Shown: positions 1 through 8,828 of the stretch, piece by piece
Layout of the letters: every line of letters starts with the position of its first letter
Position numbering within the stretch: position 1 is the stretch's first letter
Program-made: the position numbers and the translations under genes
NCBI GenBank assembly: GCA_040905565.1
Contig: JBBDRF010000010.1
Coordinates: forward strand, 1 to 57,221
Reading direction: 5' to 3'
Source: Phycisphaeraceae bacterium
GTDB taxonomy: Bacteria > Planctomycetota > Phycisphaerae > Phycisphaerales > Zrk34
Length of the DNA: 57,221 bases
The notes under the pieces: model-generated
What the model saw: only the letters and a program-made list of their open reading frames with translations
What the model was told of the DNA's origin: nothing
Databases searched by the model: none

Positions 1-70
1 AACGGCCAGTAGAAACTCTCACTCAGACTGGATCAAGTTTTCCCGGGCAGGCCAACCGCAGCGGCGCACC

Positions 71-103
71 AAAAGAGGCGGACCATTAACGGGTCCGCCT
101 CTT
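71..103 (-). terminator. Probable intrinsic terminator downstream of the two PEP-CTERM-like genes
   Basis: Perfect 12-bp inverted repeat AAGAGGCGGACC (73-84) / GGTCCGCCTCTT (92-103) with a 7-nt loop. On the minus strand it ends in a short T run, about 35 nt after the stop at 137. Confidence 0.75.
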
Positions 104-136
104 GATCGGGCGTGATTGATTTTTTCAAGGCGCGGT

Positions 137-241
137 TTAGGCTTCCACGGCGGCGAGGCTTTGGTCTCGGCGGGCGCGTCGCATGCCGAGCATGCCGAAG
201 GCGGCGAGGCCGAGGACGCCGGCGACGGGGGTGGGGACGGC
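137..241 (-). repeat. Sorting-tail cassette copy 1 (direct repeat of 1079-1183)
   Basis: Hand alignment without gaps gives 86/105 nt identical to 1079-1183; the rest of the two genes shows no evident similarity. Confidence 0.8.
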
Positions 242-1018
242 GGAGAGGGAGGTGTTGTCCACGTGGAGGCCGTCCTGAACGTCGATGTGAGTGAACCAGC
301 CGTAACGGTTGCCACCGACGACGCTTGCGATGAGGTCTGCGGCGTTGTTGCGGGTTTCGGTCCAGAGCAGTGAGCCGCCGGCGTCGAGCAGGTTCAGATC
401 AACGGCGAGCGAGCCGTCGGTCTCTTCGTAGAAATCGTGTTCGAAGGTGAACCAGCCGGCGGAGGTGACCTGGTGATGGTTGTTGTTGGCGATGTTGGTC
501 TTGGTGGTGAAATCGGCATTGTTGCTGCCGCCGACGAGCAGGTCGCCGTTGTTGACGCCGACGTGGAAGATGAAATCGCGGAGGTGCGTGTTGTCCTGGC
601 TGTTGGCGGCGACGGCGTAGTCGAAGCCTGAGCCCTCGGCCCAACTGGTATCGAGGTAGATGTCGGCGGAGGCGGTGAAGCCGCCTGTCCAGACGTCGCT
701 GTAGCCGTTGAAGCGGGTGAAGGGGCTGGTAGTCGCTTGCTCCTGGGTGAAGATGGCGTGGTAGGCACCGTTGGAGGAGGCGATGCCGGCGGTGCCGCTC
801 GAGACGCGAGTCACCTGGCCCTGCCATCCGCCCTCGCCGTCGGCGGTGCCGTCGTCGAACCAGCCGAGGGCGTCGGTTTCAAAACCCTGGTCGAAGAGCG
901 AAACGGGATCGGCATGGGCGGCGGTGGTGCCGAGGAGCATGGCGGCCACGACCGCGGCGGCGTGCAGGTTCACGTTGGCTCGCATCGCATTGATGGTGGT
1001 TCGGAGGGGCAATTTCAT
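137..1018 (-). CDS. Secreted surface protein with PEP-CTERM-like (VPTP) sorting signal
   Basis: Signal peptide ending AAHA-DP; Thr/Ser/Asp/Gly-rich body; C-terminus AVPTPVAGVLGLAAFGMLGMRRARRDQSLAAVEA (motif, TM helix, Arg cluster); SD AAGGA upstream. Confidence 0.85.
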   Translation of the reverse strand: MKLPLRTTINAMRANVNLHAAAVVAAMLLGTTAAHADPVSLFDQGFETDALGWFDDGTADGEGGWQGQVTRVSSGTAGIASSNGAYHAIFTQEQATTSPFTRFNGYSDVWTGGFTASADIYLDTSWAEGSGFDYAVAANSQDNTHLRDFIFHVGVNNGDLLVGGSNNADFTTKTNIANNNHHQVTSAGWFTFEHDFYEETDGSLAVDLNLLDAGGSLLWTETRNNAADLIASVVGGNRYGWFTHIDVQDGLHVDNTSLSAVPTPVAGVLGLAAFGMLGMRRARRDQSLAAVEA

Positions 1019-1078
1019 GGTGTTTCCTTTAGGTGCGAATCTCTTGGGGCCCGTGAGGCGCGTCGTTGCGGGTAGGGA

Positions 1079-1183
1079 TCAGGCTTCGAGGGTGGCGAGG
1101 CTCTGATCGCGGCGGCTGCGTCGCAGGCTGAGCATGCCGAAGGCGACGAGACCGGCGAGGCCGGCGACGGGCGTGGGGATCGC
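1079..1183 (-). repeat. Sorting-tail cassette copy 2 (direct repeat of 137-241)
   Basis: Same ungapped 105-nt alignment as copy 1. Confidence 0.8.
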
Positions 1184-1870
1184 GGTGGGGACCACATTGA
1201 CCTGCGTGCTGGATTCGGCGACGAGATCACCTGTTCCTTCAAGGGTGGGGTCGAAATAAGCCCGGAGCCCGAAGCTGTATTCGCCGGCGGCGTCGGGATC
1301 GAACGCGGCGTAGGCCGGGGGGTCGACACCCGGCAGGCTGTCGTCGGCAAGAAAACCGAACATCAGGTTCTGCGAATCTTCAAGCAGCGCCCCCCCCTGC
1401 TGCTCAAAGCCTACGAGGTCAAAGCTGATGCGGCCGAGCTCGCTTTCCGGCGTGTTTTCACCGGGGTCGAAGTCGTAGAGCAGTTCAAACGTATAAGCAG
1501 AAATGGGGGCCTGGAGCGCGTCGGCGATCTCGATGTAGTAGGCGAAGTTCCAAAGGGCACCTTCGGAACTGCCCGGAGGCGTGCTGCTGCCGGGCAGCGC
1601 GGTGAACGTGCCAGCGCCGTCGTTGGTGAGCGGCGGGTTGTCGTAACGCTGATGAGCCGTGAGGCCGAGGGTGACGGTGCTGCCGAAGAACGCGTCAGTA
1701 GTTGTGCTGATGGCCACCGAATCGTTGGGGATGCCGGTGCCGCCGAAGGTGGCGTCGGGCAGGGGGCCGAACGTATCAAAGGTGGGCGAAAGCGAGTCGG
1801 CGTGTGCGGCGCCGGTCGATGCTGCGAAGGCGAGGGTGAGGGCACAGATACCAGTCTTGATGCGTGTCAT
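1079..1870 (-). CDS. Secreted surface protein with PEP-CTERM-like (IPTP) sorting signal
   Basis: Signal peptide ending AAHA-DS; acidic body; C-terminus VPTAIPTPVAGLAGLVAFGMLSLRRSRRDQSLATLEA; SD AAGGA upstream. Confidence 0.85.
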   Translation of the reverse strand: MTRIKTGICALTLAFAASTGAAHADSLSPTFDTFGPLPDATFGGTGIPNDSVAISTTTDAFFGSTVTLGLTAHQRYDNPPLTNDGAGTFTALPGSSTPPGSSEGALWNFAYYIEIADALQAPISAYTFELLYDFDPGENTPESELGRISFDLVGFEQQGGALLEDSQNLMFGFLADDSLPGVDPPAYAAFDPDAAGEYSFGLRAYFDPTLEGTGDLVAESSTQVNVVPTAIPTPVAGLAGLVAFGMLSLRRSRRDQSLATLEA

Positions 1871-1895
1871 ACGGGTTTCCTTCTTTTCTCTGTCT

Positions 1896-1988
1896 CGTCA
1901 AAGCCCGCCTACGGATGTTGACGGTACGGTGGTGTAGTTGCTTTCTGCGCGACTCGCAAAAGCAGAACGCATAAGCGAGTCACAGAAA
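1896..1988 (-). promoter_or_regulatory. Two inverted repeats upstream of the PEP-CTERM-like pair
   Basis: CGTCAA..TTGACG (1896-1923) and TTTCTG-CG-CGACTCGC..GCGAGTC-A-CAGAAA (about 1942-1988). A weak TTGCAT-N16-TACTTT sigma70-like element lies just upstream on the minus strand. Confidence 0.4.
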
Positions 1989-2234
1989 AAGTACATCACC
2001 CATGTCGAGATGCAAAAAAACTAATTGCTATAAAGAGGAAGAAGCAAACCTGCGGCGGGCTTGGACCTGCCGGAAGCACTTAACCCCCTACCGCCTTGAC
2101 CACAACACTTTAGCGACCACGTCAGCAACCGCGGACAGCCCGGCGGCGACGATGCAAGTTATGTGTTGGCGTGGCCGAGTGCTTTTGCTGCCACAACGGT
2201 CGCGCCGGTCTGGCAGAATAGGTAAACCCACCGC

Positions 2235-4385
2235 CTAGGCAAGATCAATCGGTCGACCTTCGCGAAGACTCAGCACGGCGAGATGGGAGGCTTTTGTGGT
2301 GGTCCTTAGATGCTCCCAGGAAATCGGCGGCTGACCGCCCGACGTGATCGCGCGGGAAAACGCTTCGATCTCGGCGGCGTGGCCCTTATCCTGCTTGCCC
2401 TTGGTGGTACGTGTCTTGCCGCCGGCAACGGTGGTGACGACGCGGAAGTCATCAATCACGGCAACTCGGCCGGCACCGATGACCTCGATGCGCTCCTTGG
2501 GAAACGCTTTGTCGCCGCCTGCGAGATAGGCGATGTTGGAGATCGACCCGTTCGCGTGGCGAAGCGTGATGAAGCATTGATCTTCAGTGATGGTCGGCGC
2601 GTTGGGGCCCCCGATGGATTCGGCGAAGACGCGGACCACGGGGGAATCGACGAGATAGGTGGCGAGGTCGATGGCGTGGCATGCTTCGCCGATGATTCGG
2701 CCGCCGCCGACGGTGGGGTGCTGTGTCCAGTGATCGGGCGGAATCTCGCCGGCGTTGAACCGGAAGCTCACGGTCAGCGGTGCGGTGACATCCTTATAGA
2801 ACGCGCGGACCTGCTGGGCGGCCGGCGAAAAACGGCGGTTGAAGCCGACCATCACAAGCGGCGCGGCGGTGCCCGCGGCGGCAAGGGCGGCTTCGATCTC
2901 CGCAAGCTCGTCGGCGTTCAGACAGAGCGGCTTCTCGACGAAGACGTGCTTGCCCGCTTCGATGGCGCCGAGCACCTGCCGGGCGTGTTGATCGTGTTGT
3001 GTGATGACGAAAACGGCATCAACGTCGGGGTTGTTAAGGACGTCGGTTTCGTCGCTGGTGGCGGTCGCGAAGCCTAGCTTTTTACCGGCCTGGCTTGCGG
3101 AGACACCCCCGGCGGAGCAAATGATCGTGGGGTTGAGCTCGGCACGGCTCACGATCTTCGGCAGCAGGACCATGCGTGCAAAGTTGCCCGCACCGAGCAC
3201 GCCGACGCCGACGCGACCGGTGCGATCGGTCGACGCGGCAACCTTGCGCGGCAGGTCAATCCGGCGGGCGGGCGGCTCGGTAAGCTGCGGATATTCGAGC
3301 ACGATGCCGAGGTACGGCTCATCGCCGGCTTCGATCATCGTGTACGCCTGCTCAGCGTCCTCAATGCGATAGCGATGCGAAATCAGCGGGCTCACATCGA
3401 GTTCGCCGCGGCCCATGAGATCGAGGGCGGATTGCATGTTCCGCTGCTCGGTCCAGCGGACGTAGGCAGCGGGATAATCGTGGCCACGTTCTTCGTAGTC
3501 GGCATCGTACCGGCCGGGGCCGTAGGAACAGGACACGACGAACTCGGCTTCCTTGAAGTAGAACGGACGACGGTCAAGCTCAAGCCCCACCACGCCGACG
3601 AGCACGACGCGCCCCTTCTGACGCACGGCGGCGGCGGCGAGTTCGATGGGCCCGTTGGACTTGGTGGAGGCGGTCAGCAGCACCGCATCCGCACCGAGCG
3701 AACCGGTGAGTTGACCGACATCACTGGCGCGGAGATTGGGGCGGGCGACGTCGGCCCCCATCTTCGTCGCCAGTTCACATTTGGCTGCGTCGAGATCGGT
3801 GCCGATGACGTGAGCGCCGGCCGCCTTGCAGAGGGCGACGGTAAGCTGCCCGATGAGGCCGAGCCCGATGACGAAGACGGTTTCGCCAAGCCTGATCTTG
3901 CTCAGGCGAACACCCTGAAGTGCGATGGCGGTGAGGACGCTGAACGCGGCATGGTCGAATGGGACGCTTTCGGGCATACGGGCGCACAGATGTTTCGGCA
4001 CGCTGACGACACCGGCATGGGGCCCGTTCGAGGCGACGCGATCGCCGGGCTGATATTCCTGCACGCCCTCCCCTACCGCCACCACGATGCCGGCCGACGC
4101 ATAGCCCATCGTCATCGGCTGATCGAGCTTCTCGCGCACCGCCTGGACCGTTTCCCACAGCCCTTCGTTGCGGATCTTCTCGATGACGCGCCGGACATGG
4201 TCGGGACGCTCACGGGCCTTGCCTAGCAGCGATTTGCTGGCAAGGTCCATCACCATCTTCTCCGTACCAGCCGACACAACGCTTGCTGCGTTGGCGATCA
4301 ACACATGCCCCGGCTGAACCGCTGGCGCGGGAACCTCAGTCACGGTCAACTCGCCACTGCGTATATTTTGAAGAACCTGTTGGAT
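2235..4385 (-). CDS. Bi-domain oxidoreductase (MDR/Zn-ADH-like plus Gfo/Idh/MocA)
   Basis: VSAGTE motif, GLGLIG Rossmann, SCSYGPGRYD, second Rossmann GAGNFA, VFVEKP, VGFNRRF. The ORF track starts at TTG 4349, but the family-like N-terminus QQVLQNIRSGEL extends in frame to ATC 4385. Confidence 0.9.
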   Translation of the reverse strand: MQQVLQNIRSGELTVTEVPAPAVQPGHVLIANAASVVSAGTEKMVMDLASKSLLGKARERPDHVRRVIEKIRNEGLWETVQAVREKLDQPMTMGYASAGIVVAVGEGVQEYQPGDRVASNGPHAGVVSVPKHLCARMPESVPFDHAAFSVLTAIALQGVRLSKIRLGETVFVIGLGLIGQLTVALCKAAGAHVIGTDLDAAKCELATKMGADVARPNLRASDVGQLTGSLGADAVLLTASTKSNGPIELAAAAVRQKGRVVLVGVVGLELDRRPFYFKEAEFVVSCSYGPGRYDADYEERGHDYPAAYVRWTEQRNMQSALDLMGRGELDVSPLISHRYRIEDAEQAYTMIEAGDEPYLGIVLEYPQLTEPPARRIDLPRKVAASTDRTGRVGVGVLGAGNFARMVLLPKIVSRAELNPTIICSAGGVSASQAGKKLGFATATSDETDVLNNPDVDAVFVITQHDQHARQVLGAIEAGKHVFVEKPLCLNADELAEIEAALAAAGTAAPLVMVGFNRRFSPAAQQVRAFYKDVTAPLTVSFRFNAGEIPPDHWTQHPTVGGGRIIGEACHAIDLATYLVDSPVVRVFAESIGGPNAPTITEDQCFITLRHANGSISNIAYLAGGDKAFPKERIEVIGAGRVAVIDDFRVVTTVAGGKTRTTKGKQDKGHAAEIEAFSRAITSGGQPPISWEHLRTTTKASHLAVLSLREGRPIDLA

Positions 4386-4441
4386 GGTCGTGATCCTTTG
4401 TCACTGATCGCAATGCGTTTAGTGGTTCAGTTTTGCCCACA

Positions 4442-5176
4442 TCAGGCTTTCTTAGCTCGCACATAAAGCGAGTACCCTAGTTTCGGCTCCGCGGTGCCGT
4501 CCATGTTGTGCATGGGACGAGTAGCGGCATAGACAGCCGCGCCGGCGAGAAAGCCGAAGCGTTGGGCATTCGTAATACGTTTGTTGATAGTCTGACGGAC
4601 CGGGCCGCCGAGCCCCCTAATCTCTTCGATCTCGAAGCCGAGCGGCTCGAGAAGCTTTCGATAGCTCTCTTCGGTATAGCCGTCACGGACGTGGCCGCCC
4701 GTTTCGTGCTCGTCGATGGGTCCGGTCTTATGATCAGGGTGATCGGCATTCGGGCAGCAGACATGAAGGATGCCGCCTGGCTTGAGCAGATCATAGAAGC
4801 TTCGGCACACGGCAGCGTCATTCACGATATGCTCCAGCACCTCGGTACAGATAATCTCGTCGAACTTATCTTCGCGTTCGTCGAGATCGTAGAGGTTCTG
4901 AACCTCAAAGTTGAGCCGATCGCTGGGAACGCCCAGATGCTTATGGAACAGCGTGCGATTACGAACCACCTCGCCTTCCTTGATGCTCACGCCCAGCACA
5001 GTGTTCCCCTTGAGGTAACTATGGTAGGCAAGCATCCCGTTGCCGCAGCCAGCGTCAAGGACGCGACGCTCTTCACCGTTGACAGGCTGACCGAAGTAAG
5101 CGGGCAATGTCTGCCCACGCAGCCGCGCATGCAGGTTGAGCCCCGGAAACAGCCACCATTTAATGGTTTCTCTCAT
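4442..5176 (-). CDS. Class I SAM-dependent methyltransferase
   Basis: VLDAGCGNG motif I; FDEIICTEVLEHI; LLKPGG. Confidence 0.9.
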   Translation of the reverse strand: MRETIKWWLFPGLNLHARLRGQTLPAYFGQPVNGEERRVLDAGCGNGMLAYHSYLKGNTVLGVSIKEGEVVRNRTLFHKHLGVPSDRLNFEVQNLYDLDEREDKFDEIICTEVLEHIVNDAAVCRSFYDLLKPGGILHVCCPNADHPDHKTGPIDEHETGGHVRDGYTEESYRKLLEPLGFEIEEIRGLGGPVRQTINKRITNAQRFGFLAGAAVYAATRPMHNMDGTAEPKLGYSLYVRAKKA

Positions 5177-5219
5177 CACGATCGTGTTCGGCTTACGCCG
5201 CTCCTAGCAGGTTCTATTG

Positions 5220-6179
5220 TCACTCAGACTTAATCATTGACTGCCGCGCACTCCATTGAGCCGCGAGGCCGTCTTCCAATGTAGTGCCGGGCCTATAGTC
5301 TAGATCGCGATACGTTGCGGCGAGATCAGCCCAGGTGCGTTTGACGTCGCCGGGTTGCATAGGGAGGCGCTCGATGTCGGCTTTGAGACCGGTCGCCCGC
5401 TCAATGGCAGCAATGAGATCACCAAGTGAGATCGGCTGGTCTGATCCTAAGTTATAGATAGAAAACGGCTTGGATGGAGCGAGTGCAGCGACGACGCCTC
5501 TGACGATATCGAGCACGAAAGTGTAATCACGGCTGGTGCTGCCGTCGCCGAACACGGGGATGGCCTCGCCGTCAGCCATGCGGTTCATGAACTTGGCGAT
5601 GGCGAGGTCCGGCCGCTGCCGCGGGCCGTAGACCGTGAAGAATCGGAGGCAACAGATCGACAGTTCGTGCAGGTGCGCATAAGTGTGACAGAGCAGCTCT
5701 CCCGATCGCTTCGTCGCAGCGTAAGGACTCAGTGGCTGTTCGACGGGATCGTCGGGTGAGAACGGAACCTTTGCGTTGTCGCCATAGACGCTCGAGGAGG
5801 AGCCGAAGATGAACCGTTTGACGTTAGTGGCCACGCAAGCATCCAACACATTTGCGGTTCCGGTGAGATTCACGTCGATGAACTCTGCTGCTCGGGTGAG
5901 GCTCGGCCTGACACCCGCGAGTGCAGCGAGGTGAACGACGTGCGTGGGACGAATACGCTCAAATGTGGCCAGGAGGGCGTCGCGATCGCGGACGTCGATC
6001 TCCACCAGTTCAAAAGCGGAATAACCAGCCAGTAGTTCGGCATTGCGTCTCTTGGGCCCCGGCTCATAATTACCCATGAACGCGTCAATGCCCACGACAC
6101 GATGGCCTTCCTCCAGCAGTCGCTCGCACAGGTGCGAGCCAATGAATCCCGCCGCTCCGGTAACCAATACAGTCATCAT
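5220..6179 (-). CDS. NAD-dependent epimerase, UDP-glucuronate 4-epimerase-like
   Basis: TGAAGFIG; HLAALAGVRPS; SSSSVYG; YAATK; RFFTVYGPRQRPDLA; PMQPGDV. Confidence 0.9.
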   Translation of the reverse strand: MMTVLVTGAAGFIGSHLCERLLEEGHRVVGIDAFMGNYEPGPKRRNAELLAGYSAFELVEIDVRDRDALLATFERIRPTHVVHLAALAGVRPSLTRAAEFIDVNLTGTANVLDACVATNVKRFIFGSSSSVYGDNAKVPFSPDDPVEQPLSPYAATKRSGELLCHTYAHLHELSICCLRFFTVYGPRQRPDLAIAKFMNRMADGEAIPVFGDGSTSRDYTFVLDIVRGVVAALAPSKPFSIYNLGSDQPISLGDLIAAIERATGLKADIERLPMQPGDVKRTWADLAATYRDLDYRPGTTLEDGLAAQWSARQSMIKSE

Positions 6180-7498
6180 CCTTCTCCATCCTCGCCAATC
6201 ACGGCTGCTTCGGAATGATCGCCACTCGAGAGCTGATTATCCTCTGTCGTGATCGTTTGCACCAATCGGCGACCATAGACCGACCACGTATAGTCAGCCA
6301 TGCGTTCTTGTGCACTGCGACCCATTGCCCGTCGCTTCTCAGGGTCATGAGAGATCGCAGCGATGCGCTCCGCGAGTAATTCCGGCGAGCGGATAGGCAC
6401 AAGATATCCATCCACTTCGTCACGAACGACGGAACCGGCGTTCGATGTGGTGATCACCGGACAGCCCTGCGCCATGGCCTCGTAACAGACGTTAGCCGAA
6501 CCCTCCGCCAGCGTCGGCAACACAAGCACATCCGCCCACGCATACTGCCTGGCCACCTCCGCACGCGGCACCGCACCGGTCAGTTCCACCCACTTACCGA
6601 GTTGCTCCGCTGCATGGGCCGAGATGTGCACCGGCCCGACTGCCCGAATTTCAACGTTCTCGTTCTTGAGCAGTTTCGCAGCCTGCATGAGGTCAGGCAC
6701 GCCCTTGCGCAAACCAATCGTCCCCACGAAAAGCACGCGCATTGGACGTGCCTTTTGTTCAGCTACTGCTCCATCATCAAGCTCTCTCGTCGACGCACTA
6801 GAAGCAGATTCGTACCCATACGGCACCACAGCACACCGCACGGCTGGACCGGACGCCTGGCCGACGCTATCGACGACATAGGGCGAACCGCAGATAATTT
6901 GATCCGCCAGTTGCCACTCCGCCTCCTCACGGTCCGCAAGCTCCCGCCAGAAGGGCCTGCCATCGATCACCGCCCCACCGCTCACATTCTCCCAACCCGG
7001 CCACCGCTCCCGCTCCTCATCAAGAAGCCTTTCCACCACCGAAACAGGCGCCATCGTTTGATCAACGATCGTCCGCATTCCCCGCTCACGTGCGTGGCGA
7101 AGAATTTCCAGCCCGGCGCCGTTGAAGACGTAGACCGCGTCAGCTTCGCCAAGCCCGCGTCGCACAACCAGTTCTCCAAAGCGACGATTTCCACGGACAT
7201 ACCCACCGTAAAGGTCGGCGGGCCCCAAGCCCCGTCGCTTCGCCTGAAGGTGTTGCATGACAGCATACATCGGAAACGTGTCGATTTTTTCATTTGCGAT
7301 GCCTGGCGCACATCGTCCGCACACCGTACGTATAACGCCACGTTTCAACAGCTGCGGCACCAAGCGATCGAGCCAGCGTACACGCCAATCACTGGTGCAC
7401 AGGTCGGTATACAAGCGATCAAGCAACCCCGCCTGCGCCATCGCAGTCGGCACCGCGTAGTGGCGCCGGGCTCCAATCTGGCAGACGGTGATTCGCAT
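6176..7498 (-). CDS. Glycosyltransferase family 4
   Basis: GARRHYAVP N-terminus; LFVGTIGLRKG; EGSANVCYEAMAQG (EX7E). Confidence 0.9.
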   Translation of the reverse strand: MRITVCQIGARRHYAVPTAMAQAGLLDRLYTDLCTSDWRVRWLDRLVPQLLKRGVIRTVCGRCAPGIANEKIDTFPMYAVMQHLQAKRRGLGPADLYGGYVRGNRRFGELVVRRGLGEADAVYVFNGAGLEILRHARERGMRTIVDQTMAPVSVVERLLDEERERWPGWENVSGGAVIDGRPFWRELADREEAEWQLADQIICGSPYVVDSVGQASGPAVRCAVVPYGYESASSASTRELDDGAVAEQKARPMRVLFVGTIGLRKGVPDLMQAAKLLKNENVEIRAVGPVHISAHAAEQLGKWVELTGAVPRAEVARQYAWADVLVLPTLAEGSANVCYEAMAQGCPVITTSNAGSVVRDEVDGYLVPIRSPELLAERIAAISHDPEKRRAMGRSAQERMADYTWSVYGRRLVQTITTEDNQLSSGDHSEAAVIGEDGEG

Positions 7499-7523
7499 CG
7501 TTCATTCCGTTCTATAGCGATAT

Positions 7524-8828
7524 TTAGAGGTTTGAGATGAAATGTCGTGCTTTTGCTCGCCCGACTTCCTCTAGCTTATCGACCCGGTGGACCACTACTT
7601 TAAGTTGGCCTTCCGTTCGCTTAGAGAACTCTCGCAGCAAACGGTTCGGACCATCAACGCTCTTCGGCACAACCAGATATAGATCGACAGCACCGGGGGC
7701 GTTTTGAACAAACTGATACTGGGACACCCCTTTCCATGCTTCGCCATGCATGCTGCACACAATATGATTGAAAGGCATTGTCTTACCAGATGCTAACTGC
7801 ACGACTTCCTGCTCACGTCCGACAATATGTGCAACTTTCGTCCCGACAACACCACAATCCGACATAGCGTCATACTGGACTCCGTCAACTAGATCGCCGG
7901 TTCGATACCGAATCAACGGGAAAGAGTTGTTCAACCATCCTGTACCGACGACCTCGAAGCCCTTGCACTCGGCTTTCTCGAATTCCACACAACTGTACTG
8001 TGGCCAGAAGAAGTAAGTTCCGTCTTGGCATTCTGATGCCAAAGCTACCTGCTCCGACATTCCGTACCACGTCAAGGTCCGGCACCCGAATACCTGCTTT
8101 ATCAATTCGCGCTGATACTCATAAGTCGCCTCAGAACCACACAGTGCGGCACGAGGCGAGCAGGTTGGCTTTAGCTCGCACTGCTGCGCATAAGCCGCAA
8201 GGTGCGTCAGAACAGACGGATAGGCGTGGATGTAATCCGGCTGAAACGCATCAAGAACCCGCAAGTGGTCGATGAGGTCATCTGGATCCAGATGATAACC
8301 GGAAAGATACAGCATTCGACCGACTTGCATACTCCGACGTTTACCCAGCACGTTACCACGGAACACCGCAACGCGTGCGGTCGGACGAAATCCAGCATCA
8401 GCCCAAATGAAATCTATGAATGCCTGCTCCGCCTGCAACGCGTCGAGAGACTGCGGGAAAGTTAGTGGCTCCCCCGAACTTCCACTGGTAGAGGTCTGCC
8501 TTTTCATGATCGATGCGTGAGGAACGACAAACTCTTCACGATGTCGTCGAATGATCGCCTTCGATAAGGTAGGCAACTTCGCCAGCTCATCAATCGATCG
8601 GAAATTGTTGGGATCTACTCTATTTTCGCTGAAGATCCTTCGGTAGTATGGGATAAGGGAAGCTTGGCGGAAGATTTTCTGCACCTGTTGAAGCTGAAAC
8701 CTTTCGACTTCGTATTTCGACCACTCGCGTGATTGCTCTAGGCGTGCTCGCCAAAGATCGTAGGCACCTCGACGTTTGAGGCGCTCGCGAATTCCAACCT
8801 TAGCTCTCAGCATTAGACTAGGTAACAC
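7524..8828 (-). CDS. CapK / phenylacetate-CoA ligase family adenylate-forming protein
   Basis: STSGSSGEP loop; YGMSE; PLIRYRTGD; IVGR; QYQFVQ. Confidence 0.85.
   Translation of the reverse strand: MLPSLMLRAKVGIRERLKRRGAYDLWRARLEQSREWSKYEVERFQLQQVQKIFRQASLIPYYRRIFSENRVDPNNFRSIDELAKLPTLSKAIIRRHREEFVVPHASIMKRQTSTSGSSGEPLTFPQSLDALQAEQAFIDFIWADAGFRPTARVAVFRGNVLGKRRSMQVGRMLYLSGYHLDPDDLIDHLRVLDAFQPDYIHAYPSVLTHLAAYAQQCELKPTCSPRAALCGSEATYEYQRELIKQVFGCRTLTWYGMSEQVALASECQDGTYFFWPQYSCVEFEKAECKGFEVVGTGWLNNSFPLIRYRTGDLVDGVQYDAMSDCGVVGTKVAHIVGREQEVVQLASGKTMPFNHIVCSMHGEAWKGVSQYQFVQNAPGAVDLYLVVPKSVDGPNRLLREFSKRTEGQLKVVVHRVDKLEEVGRAKARHFISNL

Noticed and set aside
2088..2095. ops-like GGCGGTAG on the minus strand
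   Set aside because: A single 8-mer at the distal end of the locus rather than in its leader, with no JUMPstart context; likely chance.
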